Part shown: positions 42,355-57,635 of the stretch, piece by piece
How positions within the stretch are numbered: the stretch's first letter is position 1
Layout of the letters: each line of letters opens with the position of its first letter
Origin: the human T2T-CHM13v2.0 reference genome, Homo sapiens
Length of the DNA stretch: 64,000 bases
Reading direction: 5' to 3' (one strand)
NCBI RefSeq assembly: GCF_009914755.1
Contig: NC_060931.1
Program-made: the position numbers and the translations under genes
Notes under the pieces: model-generated
The model's database searches: none
The model's input: only the letters and a program-made list of their open reading frames with translations
What the model was told of the DNA's origin: nothing

Positions 42355-42487
42355 ACTGAGCAATTGATAACTCTGTGGGTCCTCTTTGTTTTTACCATTG
42401 TTGGAAACTCCGTTGTGCTTTTTTCCACATGGAGGAGAAAGAAGAAGTCAAGAATGACCTTCTTTGTGACTCAGCTGGCCATCACAG
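42355..42487 (+). CDS. NPSR1: NPSR1 coding exon 2 (TM1, ICL1, start of TM2)
   Basis: Polypyrimidine tract plus TTGCAG acceptor. 133 nt in frame with exon 1: TEQLITLWVLFVFTIVGNSVVLFSTWRRKKKSRMTFFVTQLAIT. Contains the class A GPCR TM1 GN motif and TM2 LAxxD, whose Asp codon is split by the intron. Donor CAG|GTAAGT (phase 1). Confidence 0.98.
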
Positions 42488-44714
42488 GTAAGTAACTATG
42501 CAAGTGAGAGGCAGGAAGCTATATGTGAAGTCCCTATGGCTTCCTGCTTTTAATGAATTTTATCAAAAAAAAAAAAATGTAACGCATCGGTCAATTTGGG
42601 AATAATTTCTGAAAGAATATAAAACCTATATTTGAATATTTCCTCTGGCATACTTAACACATATGAATGCCTCTAAGATTTCATTATAAAAGTAACTCAC
42701 TACACTAATGGAAATATCATTATCAGTATCACCAAATGGTTCTATAGGGTTTCCCTGTTTTTATACACAGTAGCCTCCATAGTTCACTAAGGTGATATTA
42801 CCATATCATCCTGCATTATAAGCTTAAGGAATACATCCCAGAAAATGTACCAGCACTATCTCTATTAAATTATTAATGTTAAGTCTTGAGTACTTTGCAG
42901 ATTAAAGCCTGTGGACATTGCTTTTGAAATGCAAATGATGTGTAACACCACTACTGGGGGTAGTATAATGAAGTAATATAATCTCAAGGATCGGGATGCT
43001 TAAGTGTAGACTTTGGAAATGACCATTCAGTAGAAGAGTGAGCACAGCACACCTAGTAGAGGAATGGTGAAATATTCTCAAGGAAGAAAATGATCTGTGA
43101 AAGTTAGGGCCCCAAAGACATGAGTAGAGCTCATGTTCAAAAGGAAAAGAAAAACACAACCAGGGAAAGAGTCCTGTTCTACAGGCCAGAAAGAAAGTGA
43201 GAAAATGAGATTCACAGAAGGTCCAGCATAAGCCACACTTGGAGTCCTAAGCTCTGGGAGCAAGATGGCTGTTATATTAGCTTAATTTGGATCAGACTAT
43301 AGAAAAAAAAATGCAAAAGGAAAAATTTAAATATTAAATGCTTACAAGGAGTGACGGCAAATGACTTTCAGAAAGGGCTATTTGGTACATTTCAACCTGT
43401 ACTGTTATCTCAGCTGTAGTAATGGTAGTGGAGCTCTTTAGAATTTAGTCTTGAGCCATAATATTTCAAAAATTTATGACACTGTAACTTACAAGAGAAT
43501 CTTAGCCATACATTGTTAGTAACCTGAAATTCCCCTTTTTCTTTCTAACAAAGTATAACAAGCCCACCTGCTTGAGCTGGGCTGCAGTGGCCAGGGTAAA
43601 CATCCAAGGCACCAGTGAAAAATACAGAGAAGGTAAAAGGAGCAAGAGTTCTGAAGATGGAACCTGGGATGGGGGAAAGTTTCTTCAATCTTTCCTACCA
43701 ACAAGAACTCCAATTTTTCACTCCTATAACCGTAGAAGTAGAGGTAATTAGGATCATCCAGCAAATGCTTAGAGGCAAATATCCCTGGATGAGGATGCCA
43801 CAGCTTATTTTCATTATATTTCTTCGATTACAGTGTGGTAATGCATGTTGTATGGAACTACATATTCTTTCAGAATGAAAGGATTTAGAGGTGGCAAGAA
43901 TATCAGCTTGAAATTTAAAGTTTTTTCATAAACAATAAACAAATGATAATTGAAAATTCACTACATATTATCAAAGACAAAAGTTGTATGTTCTAATTCA
44001 TCATCGTTGTATTAATCTGGGCTTAATTTCATGTACATCTCCTGGACAGTGTTTTTATTTGTTAATTGTTTCTAGAAAAACTCTAGGGGTCAGGTCAGAA
44101 GCATTTTAAATGAAGAATTCCTGAAATGAAAAACATTGCCAAAGGTCTAAGACTGAAGCTCAATGGTCTGAGATTGAATTTATATATTATTGAAATTTCC
44201 TTCATACACATTTTAGCATGATCACAGATCCTTTGGTAAAGGAGGTGAGAATACATACCTGAGTCTTGAGTATGCATATAGAAGTTACCCAGGCATCAAC
44301 TGAGGGGCCCTGTGCTTTGAGACATATATAAAAATGTGGTTTGAGTCCCCCATCATATGTCAATGTCCTCCTTAAGATTTCTTCAAATTCTGTGGAATTT
44401 ATATTTTTACTTCTCTTTTGCTTCTTGCTTCCTCCTTCCACTAAATTCTTGCTCTCTCTCACCAGTATCTCATCTTTCTGAGCTCCTCTTTTTTTGCGGT
44501 TGTTTCATGCTGTCCCTAACGAGGCACTCAAAGCACCCTCCTTTCCTTTATTTTCTTTAAAATCATCCACAAAAGTATGACTTTCTTTGTTTAAAGGACT
44601 TTTCTGAATATTTCAGGTAATATAATGATATTGTATCACAGAAAAGTAAATATCTTAAGAGCAAATATTTCATTTTCTCAGAACATTCAGCTGACATCAG
44701 AAATGTTTCATTTT

Positions 44715-44784
44715 GATCATGCCACTGCACTCCAGCCTGGGCGACAGAGTGAGACTCCGTCTCAAAAAAAAAAAAAAAAAAAAA
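44715..44784 (+). mobile_element. Severely 5'-truncated Alu (about 50 bp plus tail)
   Basis: Only the Alu 3' end plus A21, flanked by AGAAATGT(T/C)TCA(T/G)TTT direct repeats. Confidence 0.9.
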
Positions 44785-45140
44785 GAAATGTCTCAGTTTT
44801 ACCTTGCTTCAGCCTCACTATTCTGCTCTCTCTTCTAAATGTCTAGTATCTTGTGCCAAAAAATTTTAATACTTTCCTCTGTTTTTGTTTTGCTTTGTTC
44901 TTACCACTACCAAACCGTGATCTCAGAGACCCCACAACTTCCAAAAAACAAGTATCAGGCTTTTTTTTTTTTTAACAAAGGAAGTTGCTCCCTAAAAAAG
45001 AACCCTGGAACTAGTTACAATGATAAACAGACAAAGAAAAATACACATTCATATTTATAGTTACATATGTCATGGCTAAAAATAAATTATTCTAAATTGT
45101 ATAAAACCATAAGATATACAGTGATAACTCAATAGTATGT

Positions 45141-45516
45141 TGTATTAGTCTGTTCTCACACTGCTATGAAGAAATTCTCGAGACTGGGTAATTTATAAAG
45201 GAAAGAGGTTTAGTTGACTCAGAGTTCTGCATTGCTAGGGAGACCTGAGGAAACTTATTAATACAATCATGGCAGAAGGCAAAGGAGAAGCAGGTACCTT
45301 CTTCACAAGGCAGCAAGGTGGAGTGAGGGCAAGCAGGGGGAATGCCAGATGCTTATAAAACATCAGATCTTGTGAGACTCACTCATTATCACAACAACAG
45401 CATAGGGAAACCGCCCTCATGATCCAATTACCTCCACCTGGTCCTGCCCTTGACACATGGGGGTTATTACAATTCAAGGTGAGTTTTGGGTGGGGACATA
45501 GAGTCAAACCATATCA
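45141..45516 (-). mobile_element. THE1C/D-like MaLR solo LTR
   Basis: TGTATTAGTCTGTTCTCACACTGCTATGAAG ... CCCTTGACACATGGGG ... AAACCATATCA. Confidence 0.9.
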
Positions 45517-47126
45517 TATATTATGTGCTGTGCTTGCAAAAATTTTGAAGTGGTTTTAGGCCAATACGCCTACCTACAATAATTAGAAAAGCTGGACAAA
45601 ATTTAAACATTTGTTAGAAGGTATCACATAGCTGCCAAAGACAATTAAGACTTGAGGGGCCAAGATTTCATAGAGCAGAAAATTTTATGAGATAAATACA
45701 TTATTTGACACCACTATCCCCTTAAAGTATTAGCTGATTTAAAAGCAGAAACTGGAAGGCTGAAAACCTGAGTAGAGCTTTGGGCAGTTTCACTGGACTG
45801 ATGGGGCAAAAATTAATTTGCCAAAGCATACTGGCTTTGATAAACATTCCAGGGTTTCCATTGGTACTGCTGAAAAGATACAACCTACAAGTAAGAGTGA
45901 ACTAAAAATGGATCAGCCCTCACCAAAAAATTAAATACAACCCAAAACCTGAATGAAATCAGATGATCTACCTCTGCATGCACACAAACCATCTGCCAGT
46001 GCAAAAATAAATCTTCTTTGGAGGAAGAAGGCATTATCCCATCATCAAATTAACTATAATTTTCCATGCACAACGTTCAGCACTTGATTAAAAAATAACC
46101 AGGAAGGCAACAATACAATAATTGATGAAAAACGAGGAGAAAAATAGATAACGAAGAGTTGCACAAGAGATCCATCTATTGGCATTATCAAGATACAGAA
46201 TTTATAACTGTTGCTCATCTGTTTAGAAGCTACAAAATAAGATTGAAGGTTGAATGTCCTATCTCCAGGCTTTTGGTGCACCTGCCCCCTTAACAGTGGA
46301 GCTTGAGCACACAAAGAACTCCCTTTCCACACAAAGAACTTGGTGTAGTGGCAGTTCCTCCACTCCACACCTGGATGTAATTCCAGCCATTTAACACACC
46401 TGCCCCAATGGACTAGGAGTTTGAGCCACCTCTTCCTCCCATGCAAAGACCTTGTGGCTGCAGTTTCTCTGCTCTTTCCCCAGACATATCACCCAACTCG
46501 AGGTGCACCTGCTCCTCCAGATCAGGAGCTTGAGCTACTCCTACATTCCCCAGGAAAACTTTGTGGCAGTAGTGGTCTCTCTCCACCTTGCTGGGGCATA
46601 TTTCCAGGCATTTGACACACCTGATTGTCTAAATTAGAAGCATGACCTGCCCCTCCGTGCAGAGATCTTGGTAGAGCAAAGCTCTCTGCACTCGATGCCC
46701 AGACATATTTCCAGGCATTTGAAGCACCAACTCTTCTAGATTAGGAATTTAAGCTTCCCCCACTTCCTGTGCAGAGAACTTGGGACAGTGGAGGTTTCCA
46801 GACTCTATGCCTAGGCACATCTCCAGGCACTTGGCAGCTGCCCACCAGACCCTGCCTCAGAGCTAATGCTTCTGCCTGCCATTGGGAGAACTGTAGGAGA
46901 GCTTGCTTAGTCTAGCCCACCCATCTTGGCCCCCACTCCAGAACTAAGCAGGGAGCTCAGACCACTGTGCATTTCACAGATCAGCCCATTGCCCAAGTCA
47001 GCAGAACTTCTCCCAGTAAACAAGAATCAAGTATATATCCATTTGAGTCAGCTGCAGCTGAACTTTATCCATAAGCTTCACCTACTGGCCTGGAGGTTGA
47101 ACTGCACAATACAATAAGAAATCTGG

Positions 47127-47780
<654 letters not shown>

Positions 47781-49636
47781 AAGAAATCTGATGACATAAC
47801 TGCACAGCACTGGAAAATGTAATAAGCCTCCTGAGACCTCTGCCACCCAGCCTTATAGGAGGCAGTGAGCCTCCTCACATACCCAGTACACGGCTACTAC
47901 AACCAGCATTTGGGAAAGCCACCATACAAAGACTACCCATTACCAAGAAACGCTTATACAGACTCGTTGCCACTGAAAGCACCCAGAACCAAATCCAAAG
48001 GACCTTACACAACATAAACTATAGACATCTCCTCAGATGAGGAAAAAAGTCACATCCAAATAAAAGCAAATTTAAAAAAAAATAAGAAGAGATAGCTTAT
48101 CTGGATGAGAAGGAACCAGAGAAATAACTCGGAATGTATGAATAAAATAGAGTGCTACAACACCCCCAAAGGATCACACTAACTCTCCAGTAATGGATTC
48201 TAACCAAGATGAAATATTTGAAATATCAGGTAAAGAGCTCAAAATATTGATTTTTAAAAAGCTCAATGAGATCCAAGAAAAAATTGAAAACCAACACAAA
48301 GAAAACAATTCAGGACATGCAAGAAGAGATAGATACCACTAAAATAAAAGAAACGGACATTTAAAAATTATTGAAGGAAAAACAAAATAAAAGTGAAAGC
48401 TTCAACAATAGGCTAGACCAAGTGGAAGAAAGACTTTCAGAACTAGAAGACATCTTTTGAATTAAACCAGTAAGAAAAATATACAGAAAAATGAATTTTA
48501 AGAAATGCCTAGTGCCTTTGATAAATACGGGATTATGTAAAGCACCCAAACCTACAATTTATAGGTATTTCAAAGGGTGAAGAAGAAAAAGTATGGAAAA
48601 CCTATTTGAGGAAATAATTCAGAAAAGCTTCTTTGGTTTTGGGAGAGATTTAGAAACCCAGATACAAGAAACTCAAAAAACTCCTAGAAGACACATCGTG
48701 AGAAGAACATCACCAAGACGTATAGTCATCAGACTATCCAAAGTCAACATGAAGGAAAAAATCCTAAGAGTGCCCAGAGAGAAGTGTCTAATCACCTATA
48801 AAGGAAATTTCATAAGACTAATAGTGGACTTCTCAGCAGAAACCCTACATGCCAGAAGAGATCAGGGGCCTATTTTTAGCCTCCTTAAAGAACAAATGTG
48901 CCAGCCAAGATTTTCACATCCTGCCATGCTAAGCTTTATAAATGAAGAAGAAATCAAGTCTTAACCAGACAAATAAATGCTAAGGGAATTTGTCAATACT
49001 AGACCAGACTTACAAGATATGCTCAAAGGAGTTCTAAACATGGAAACAAAAGAACAATACTCATCATCATAAAAGGACACACAGATACAAAGCTCACAGA
49101 TCCTGTAAACCAACAACACAATTGAAACTCCAAGTAACAACACTGTGACAGGAACACAACCTCACATATTAATATTAATCTTGAATGCAAATGGCCTAAA
49201 TATTCCACTTAAAATATAGAGTGGAAAATTGGATTAAAAAGAGACTCAACTATCTGCTACCTACAAGATATCCACTTACTGACTAAAGACAGCTATAGAC
49301 TCAAAGTAAAGGGGTGGGAAAATATATATCATGCAAATGGGAAAAAAAGCAAGCAGGAGTAGCCATTCTTATATTAGATAAAACAGACATCAAACCACCA
49401 ACAATAAAAAAACAAGACAAAGAATGGCATCATATAATGATAAAAGGTTCAAACGACAAGAAGATTGAACTATTGTAAAGTATACACGACCAACACTGGA
49501 GAGCCCAGATTTACAAAAATTACGACTACATATAAGAACAAAGATGAATAGAAAAAAAATAGTGGTCTTCAATACTCCACTGACATCAGTAGACAGATCA
49601 TCAAGGCAGGAAATCAACAAAAAATCTCTGGACTTA

Positions 49637-49966
49637 TTCTGGGTACAGTAACTGACTCTTGTAATCCCAGCACTTTGAGGGGCTGAGGTGGTAGGATTGT
49701 TTGAGGCCAGTTGTTCAAGACCAGCTTGGGCAATATACTGAGACCCAATTCCACAAAATAAATAAATGAATAAATAAATAAAAATTAATTAAGCATAGTA
49801 GCACATGCCTGTAGTCTAAGCAACTTGCAAGGCTGAGCTGGAAGGATTGTGTGAGTGCAGGAGTTTGAGGTTACAGTAAGCACCACTGCAATCCAGCCTG
49901 GGCAAAAGAGTGAGACCCTGTCTCCTAAAAAAACAAAACAAAACGAAACAAAATAAAAAGAAAGAA
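49637..49966 (+). mobile_element. Degenerate AluJ inside L1 ORF2
   Basis: Alu dimer with J-type positions; CTCTGGACTT repeated on both sides. Confidence 0.88.
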
Positions 49967-50677
49967 AGAAACTCTGGACTTAAACTATATATAGACCAAA
50001 TGGACCTAATAGACATTTATAGAACATTTCATTTAATAACTGTAAAATATACATTCTTCTCATCTGTACATGGAACATTCTCCCAAATTGACTTTATTCT
50101 TAGCCATAAAGCAATTCTCAATAAATTAAAAAAAACTGAAATCATATCAAGTGTTTTCTTAAACCACAGTGGAATAAAATTATAAATCAAACCAACGGGC
50201 ACCTTCAAAAATACACAAGAACATGAAAACTAAGCAATTTGCTCCTGAATGGCCTTTTGGTAAACAATAAAATTAAGACAAAAATAAAAAACATTTCAAA
50301 ATGAATGAAAGTAGAGATACAACATACCAAAACCTCTGGGATATAGTGAAAACAGTTCTAAGAGAAAAGTTTATAGAATTCAATGCTTACACTAAAAGAT
50401 AGAAAGATTTCAAATTAACAACCTAACATTACACCTCTAAGGAACAAGGAAAGCGAGAACAAGCCAAATCCAAAGTAAGCAGAAAAAAAAGAAATATAAT
50501 AACAAAGATCAGAGCACAATGACATGAGATTGAGATTTAAAAAAAGATACAAAAAGTCAACAAAACAAAATGTTGGATCTTTGAAAAGATAAATGAAATT
50601 GGCAGCCTTCTAGCTAGATGAAACAAGAAACAGGAGAGATGATTCAATTAAGTACAATCAGAAATGATAAAGATGAT

Positions 50678-51108
50678 TGACATAGTTTGGATGTGTGTCC
50701 TAGACCAAATCGCATGTTGAAATACAATCCCCCCGTGTTGGAGGTAGGGCCTGGTGGAAAGTGATTATATCATGGAGGCAGATTTCTCATTAATGGTTTA
50801 GGACCATCCCCCTTGGGCACCAGCCTACTGCCCTCATGATAGTGAATGAGCTTTTGTGAGATCTGGTGTTGCACCCCCCTGCTCTCTCTCTCTTGATTCT
50901 TCTCTGGCCATGTGATGTGCCTGCTCCCTCTTCGCTTTGCCTTCCATTATGATTGTAAGCTTCCTGAGCCCCTCCAAGAAGCCAAGCAGATGCCAGCATC
51001 ATACTTCCTGCACAGCCTGCAGAACTATGAGCCAATTAAACCTCTTTTCTTTATAAATTACCCAGTCTCAGTTACTTCTTTATAGCCTTGTGAGAATGGA
51101 CTAATGCA
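50678..51108 (+). mobile_element. MSTA-like MaLR LTR inside L1 ORF2
   Basis: TGACATAGTTTGGATGTGTGTCC ... GAGCCAATTAAACCTCTTTTCTTTATAAATTACCCAGTCTCAG ... GGACTAATGCA; L1 ORF2 resumes immediately after. Confidence 0.9.
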
Positions 51109-52516
51109 GTGAAATTACAACTGATACTATAGAAATAAAAAAAAATCATCAGAGATGACTATGAACACCTCTGTGCACACAAACTAGAAAACCTGGAGGA
51201 AATGGATAAATCCCAGAAACATACAACCCCCTAAGATTGAACCAGGAAAGAGTAGAAATCCTGAATAGACCAATAGCAAGTAATAAAATCACATCAGTAA
51301 TAAAAAATCTTCCAACAAAAAAAATCTCAAGACCAGACAGATTCACAGCTGAATTTTATCAGATGTACAAAGAAAAGCTGGTACCAATCTTACTGAATCT
51401 ATTCCAAAACATGAATGTGAAGCAATTCCTAACTGTTCCTATAAAACCAGTATCACCCTGATACCAAAATCATACAAGGACACAACAACAACAATACAAA
51501 AAAACCCACTACAGGCCAATAACCCTGATGGACATAGTTGCAAAATTTCTCATCAAGATACCAGCAAACCAAATCCAACAGCATGTTAAAAAGATAATAC
51601 ATCACAATCAAGTGAGTTTTATTCCATGGATGCAAGGATGATTCAACATATGCAAATCAATAAAATCAATAGACATGATTCACCACATTAACAAAACTAA
51701 AAACAAAAACCATATGATCATCTCAATACAATAAGGCGTCAATAAAATCCAACATCTTTTGATAATAAAAACCCTCAACAAATTAGGCATCTAAGGAACA
51801 TACCTCAAAATAAGAGCCATCTATTACAAACCTACAGCCAACATTATACTGAATGAGGAAAAATTGAAAGCATTATCCCTAAAAACTGGAACACAATGAG
51901 GATGTCCACATTCACCACTCCTATTCAACATAGCACTGAAAGTCCTAGCTAGAGCAATCAGGCAAGAAAAAGAAATGAAAGGAATCCACACTAGAAAAAA
52001 AAGTCAAATTACCAAATTATCTCTGTTCAGTAATGACATGACTGTATACTTAGAAAACACTCTACAGACTCCAAAAGACTCCTAGACTTAACAAACAACT
52101 TCAATAAATTTTCAGGATACAAAATCAACATATAAAAATCAGTAGCATGTCTATACACCAGTAGTCTTCAGGCTGAGAACCAAATCAAGAACTTGATCTT
52201 AACAATAGCCACAAAAAATAAAATAAAATAAAATAATAAAACACCTAGGAATACTTTTAACCAAGGAGATGAAATATCTCTACAAGGACAACTACAAAAA
52301 GTGATGAAAGAAATTGTAGATAACACACATGACTGGAAAAACATCCCATGCTCATGGATTGGAAAATTTAATATCATTAAAATGACCATACTTCCCAAAG
52401 CAATCTACAGATTCAACACAATCCCTATCATATTACAAATGCCATTTTTCAGAGAATTAGTAAAACAAGATTAAAGTTTATATAGAATTTTAAAAGACCC
52501 TGAATAGCCAAAGTAA

Positions 52517-52809
<293 letters not shown>

Positions 52810-54320
52810 ATAGCCAAAGTAATTCTAAGCAAAAGAAAAAATCCAGAGGCACCACATTGCCTGACTTTATACAACAAGGCTGTAGTAACTAAAACAGCAT
52901 GATACTGGTACAAAAATAGACACACAGATCAATGAAACAGAATAGAGAAAGCAGTTAAAATGCCACATACCTGCAACCAACCCATCTTTAACAAAGCTGA
53001 CAAAAATAAACAATATGGAAAGGACACCTTATTCAATAAATGGTGCTGGGAAAATTGGCTAGCCATATGCAGAAGAATGAAACCCTACCTATGACAATAT
53101 ACAAACATTAACTCAAGATAGATCAAAGACTTAAATGTAAGATCTGAAACTAAAAATCTTAGGGAAAAAAACCTGGGAAAACTCTACTGGACATTAGACT
53201 AGGCAAAGAATTTATGACAAAGACCCCCAAAACAAATGGAACAGAAACAAAAATAGGCAAGTGGAACTTATTTAAATTAAAAAGCTTCTGTACAACAAAA
53301 GAAATAATCAACAAATAGACAGCCTATTTGGAGAGGAAGTATTTGCAGATTATTTCTCCAACAAATGACTAATATCCAAAATATACAAGGAACTAAGACA
53401 AATCAACAAGAAAGAACAAACAACCCCATTAAAAACTGGGCAAAAGACATGAACAGACATTTCTCAAAATTAGAAATACTAGCAGCCAACAAACACATGA
53501 AAAAAGGCTCAATATCACTAATCATCAGAGAAATTAAAAGTAATACCACAATGAGATATCATCTTACACCAGTCAGAATGGCTATTATTAAAAAATCAAA
53601 AAACAATAGATGCTGGCAAGGCTGTGAAGAAAAGGGTAGACTTACACACTTTTGAGGGAATGTAAATTAGTTCAACCACTATAGAAAACAGTATAGAGAT
53701 TTCTCAGAAGACTTGAAACAGATCTTCCATTTCACCAAGCAATCTCACTACTGAGTATCTACCCAAAGGAAATGAAATCACTATATAAAAAAGACATTTG
53801 CCCTCATATGTTCATTGCAGCACTATTCACACTAGCAAAGTCAGGCAATGAAGCTCAGTCTCCAGCAATGGTTGATTTGATAAAAAAAAAAAAAAAAAAA
53901 ACTGCGGTATATATACACCATAGAATACTATGCAGCTATAAAAAAGAATGAAATCATGTCCTTTACAGAAACATAGATAAAGCTAGAAGCCATTATACTA
54001 AGTAAAATAACTCAGAAGCAAATAAAATAACATATGTTCTCCTTCATAAGGGGGAGCTAAATATCCATCCATAGATAAAAAGATGGAAATAATAGACACT
54101 AGGGACTCCAAAAGAGAGAAAGGTGGGAGGTGAATAAGAGTTGAAAAGTTACCTATTGGTTACAGTGTTCACTATTTAGGTAATGGGTACACTGGAATCA
54201 CAATCTCCACTAGTTACAATATGTTACAATACACCTGTGTATTACAATATGCCTGTGTAAAAAACTGCACACATATGCCTGGAATCTAAAATTTTAAAAT
54301 AATGAAGATTGAATGTCCTA

Positions 54321-55010
54321 GAAAGGAATAAAACAAAACATTTAGGAACTGACAATTACAACTGAAGCTTACAATACAATAGTTAAACTTAGCGGCAAAT
54401 TAAATGTAGCTAAAGAAGAAATCATTGAACTGGAATATAGGTCCAAAGAAAATAATTAGATTGAAGCATGAAAAAAGAAAGGACAAAAAATACAAAAAGA
54501 AAATAAAAAGCATATGGAAGTAGTGAAAAGGACTCCCAGAAAAAGATAAAGCCCAGACTGGATAGAAACAACACTTATAGTGGCCAATAATTTTCCCAAA
54601 CTCTTTAAAGACATCAAAACACAAATACATAAAGCACCATAAAGGACAACAGCAAGCAAACAAACAAATATAAAGAGAATTAAAACACATGAAATGATAA
54701 GACTAAGTAAAAGCCCCATAATCTTGAATTTGAAATGAAAATATTTATGCTAGCTCATGATGTATTTTATGCTTCAGGAGTTTTTAAGGATACATACCAA
54801 AATGTTTATAGGTAAACTGATAACATGTCTGGGATTTACTTCAAAATAATTTGAGGCTGGGGGTGGGTTGAGATGTATAGATGTACAAAATTGATATTGA
54901 TAACTGTTGGAGGTTGGTGGTGAGTACATTGGATTCTTTATTTTTTTTATACTATTCTCTCTACTTTTATGTAAGTTTAAGATTTTTTTCATAATAAAAT
55001 TCAAAACAAA
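54321..55010 (+). mobile_element. Older L1M fragments (ORF1-like host of the L1PB, then an L1MC/ME-like 3' end)
   Basis: 'gtggccaataattttcccaaactc...aaagacatcaa' is ORF1-like; 'atgtctgggatttacttcaaaataat...cataataaaatt' is 3'UTR-like. Confidence 0.6.
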
Positions 55011-55246
55011 ATTATGCATGATTATAATGAAACAAAATAAAGAGATCTGGGTAGTTAAAGATGTTAAAGTCCTTGGATTGCCTGGATGTAGTAAAAGTAC
55101 TAATTTCTATTAGATTTTAATGTCAAGGAGGTGTGTTAAAATCTCTAAAGTAATCCTCCCAAATTATGAAAACTGACATTACTAGCAAGCTAAAGAAGGT
55201 ATAAAATGCAGTATTTGAATATGCAAATATATATGTTTATATATAG

Positions 55247-55564
55247 AGTTATTCCCCAGTATCCATGGAGGATTAGTTCCAGAATCCCCTGCCAATACAA
55301 AAATTCGAGGATGCTTAAGTCCCTTACATAAAATAGATAGTATTTGCATATAACCTACATACACCCTCCTGTATACTTTAAGTCATCTCTAAATTACTTA
55401 TAATTTCTAATGCAATGTAAATTCTATATAAAAATTTTTATACTATATTCTTAAAATTTGTATCATTTTATTATTGTATTGTTATTTTATACTTTCTTAA
55501 TATTTTTAATCTGCAGTTGATAGAATCCATGGATGTGGAACCCACAGATAAAAAGGGCCAATTA
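55247..55564 (+). mobile_element. MER2 (TcMar-Tigger) MITE, near complete
   Basis: 'cagtatccatggaggattagttccag...gtatttgcatataacctac...aatccatggatgtggaacccacagata'. Confidence 0.85.
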
Positions 55565-56927
55565 TAATACATACATATTATATAAAATCAATCTAAGTTA
55601 AGACAGGAGAGAAAAAATATTAGAATTATTAGAACAAGTAAGAAGAATAGGCCAGTACACTTAACCTCAAATGTATCAGTAATTGCATTAATTGTAAATG
55701 GACTAAATATTCCCATTAAAATAACAAGATTGTCAGAGTAGATTTTTAAATTACCTATTTTAATTTGTTTATAAAAGGTGTACACCATAAATAAAATGAT
55801 GCAGGTTAAAATTAAAAGGAAAAGGATGGTAAAGTAAAATGATAAAAAATAATGAAACAAAACAAAACACAAAGTAAAAGTAAGCCAATGCAGCTACATA
55901 TGTGTATCAAAAGTTTATAAATTTGCTGTGATTCTTGGAATCACTTGTAGCTTTATCTGTGTCTTAGAATTTGCTTTGAAAGGAATACAAAGACAGGAGG
56001 GCTTCTAAAGCTAGTAATGTTCTATTTCTTGATCTTGCTTGTAGTTACGTGGGCGTGTTCCTCTTGTAATAATTCACCAAATTATATACTTATGATTTTG
56101 TATACTTTTCTTTATGTGTTTTATTTCAATACAAAGTTTATTTACAAAATATATCACATTAATCCAGGGCAGGGGTTGCAATCTCAAATGGCTTTAGGAA
56201 TCAAGCAGGCAATGAATGTAAACATGTAAAAGAGCCAAGGGGAAGAGACAGAATGAAAACAGAGATAAAAACCAGAGAATGAATGCCCTGCCTAAAGACA
56301 TTAAAATCAATTTTTGTCAAACACTGTGCTGATCAAACAAATCACACATGCAGGCCAGATTTGACCCAAGGGTGACTTTCTTACAACAACTGATATATAA
56401 AATTTAAACATCAGAATTTGAAAAGTGTGCCACTATAAAATTCTAGCCCACCTCTGAAGTATGAACCCACCTTCAATTTGTGAGGTAGAATATTAATCTT
56501 TACTGGTGGATTGTGAGAAGTGAGGCCAAGAAGTTGGGGAGGTTAACATTTACAATGGTTTAGACAAATCATATGTTTGACAAGGTTTAAAATCCCTTCT
56601 GTTCAAAGAATATCTTATATTAGGATTTTCTTCTCCTAATGTGTTTATTATTGTTTTTATTAGTATAATTTTTAAAGAAATCTGAACTATTGCACGCCTC
56701 AGAGACCATAACAGTGAGAACAAAAATATAAAGGAAAATTTTCAAATGATGGAAAGTGTAACCCATATAACCCGAAATCTTCATGATTTTCAGATGACCA
56801 TCTGATTAAGGAGAAAAGTCAAGATAAGCACATATTCATATCTGCTTATTTCTAGAATTGTTCTATCAGAAGACCATGAATTGGTCATATGAGGGGAAGA
56901 AACACTGACATGATACTGGCTCTATTA

Positions 56928-57188
<261 letters not shown>

Positions 57189-57255
57189 CTAACATGCTTT
57201 CATAAATATACTTATGATTTTATAGGTGTTTTCCTCTTAGCCTCAAGAAGGGAGA

Positions 57256-57635
57256 TGTTTTAGTCTAGGGACTGTCATAACAAAATAATATAAACTGTGT
57301 GGCTCAAACAACAGAAATTTATTTCCTCGCAGTCCTGTAGGCTGAAAGTTTAACATTAGGGTGCCAGCATGGTGTGGCTCTCTTCCTGGGTTGCAGATGT
57401 CACCGTCTCACTGCATCCTCATGTGGCCTTTGTGCAATGCCTCTGCACAAAGAGAGAGAAACAGCAAGTTATGTGCCGTCTCTTCTTGTAGGCTCACTAA
57501 TCCTATGGAATCAGGGCCCCACCCTTGTTAACCTTAATTATTTCCACAGAGGTCATATGTTCAAATACAGTCACATTGGGAGTTAGAGATTCAACATATA
57601 AATTTTAGGGGAATACAAACCTTCAGTCTGTAACA
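57256..57635 (-). mobile_element. MLT1A/B-like MaLR LTR
   Basis: 'cataacaaaata...ggctcaaacaacagaaatttattt...ttcaacatataaatttt...ttcagtctgtaaca'. Confidence 0.8.
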
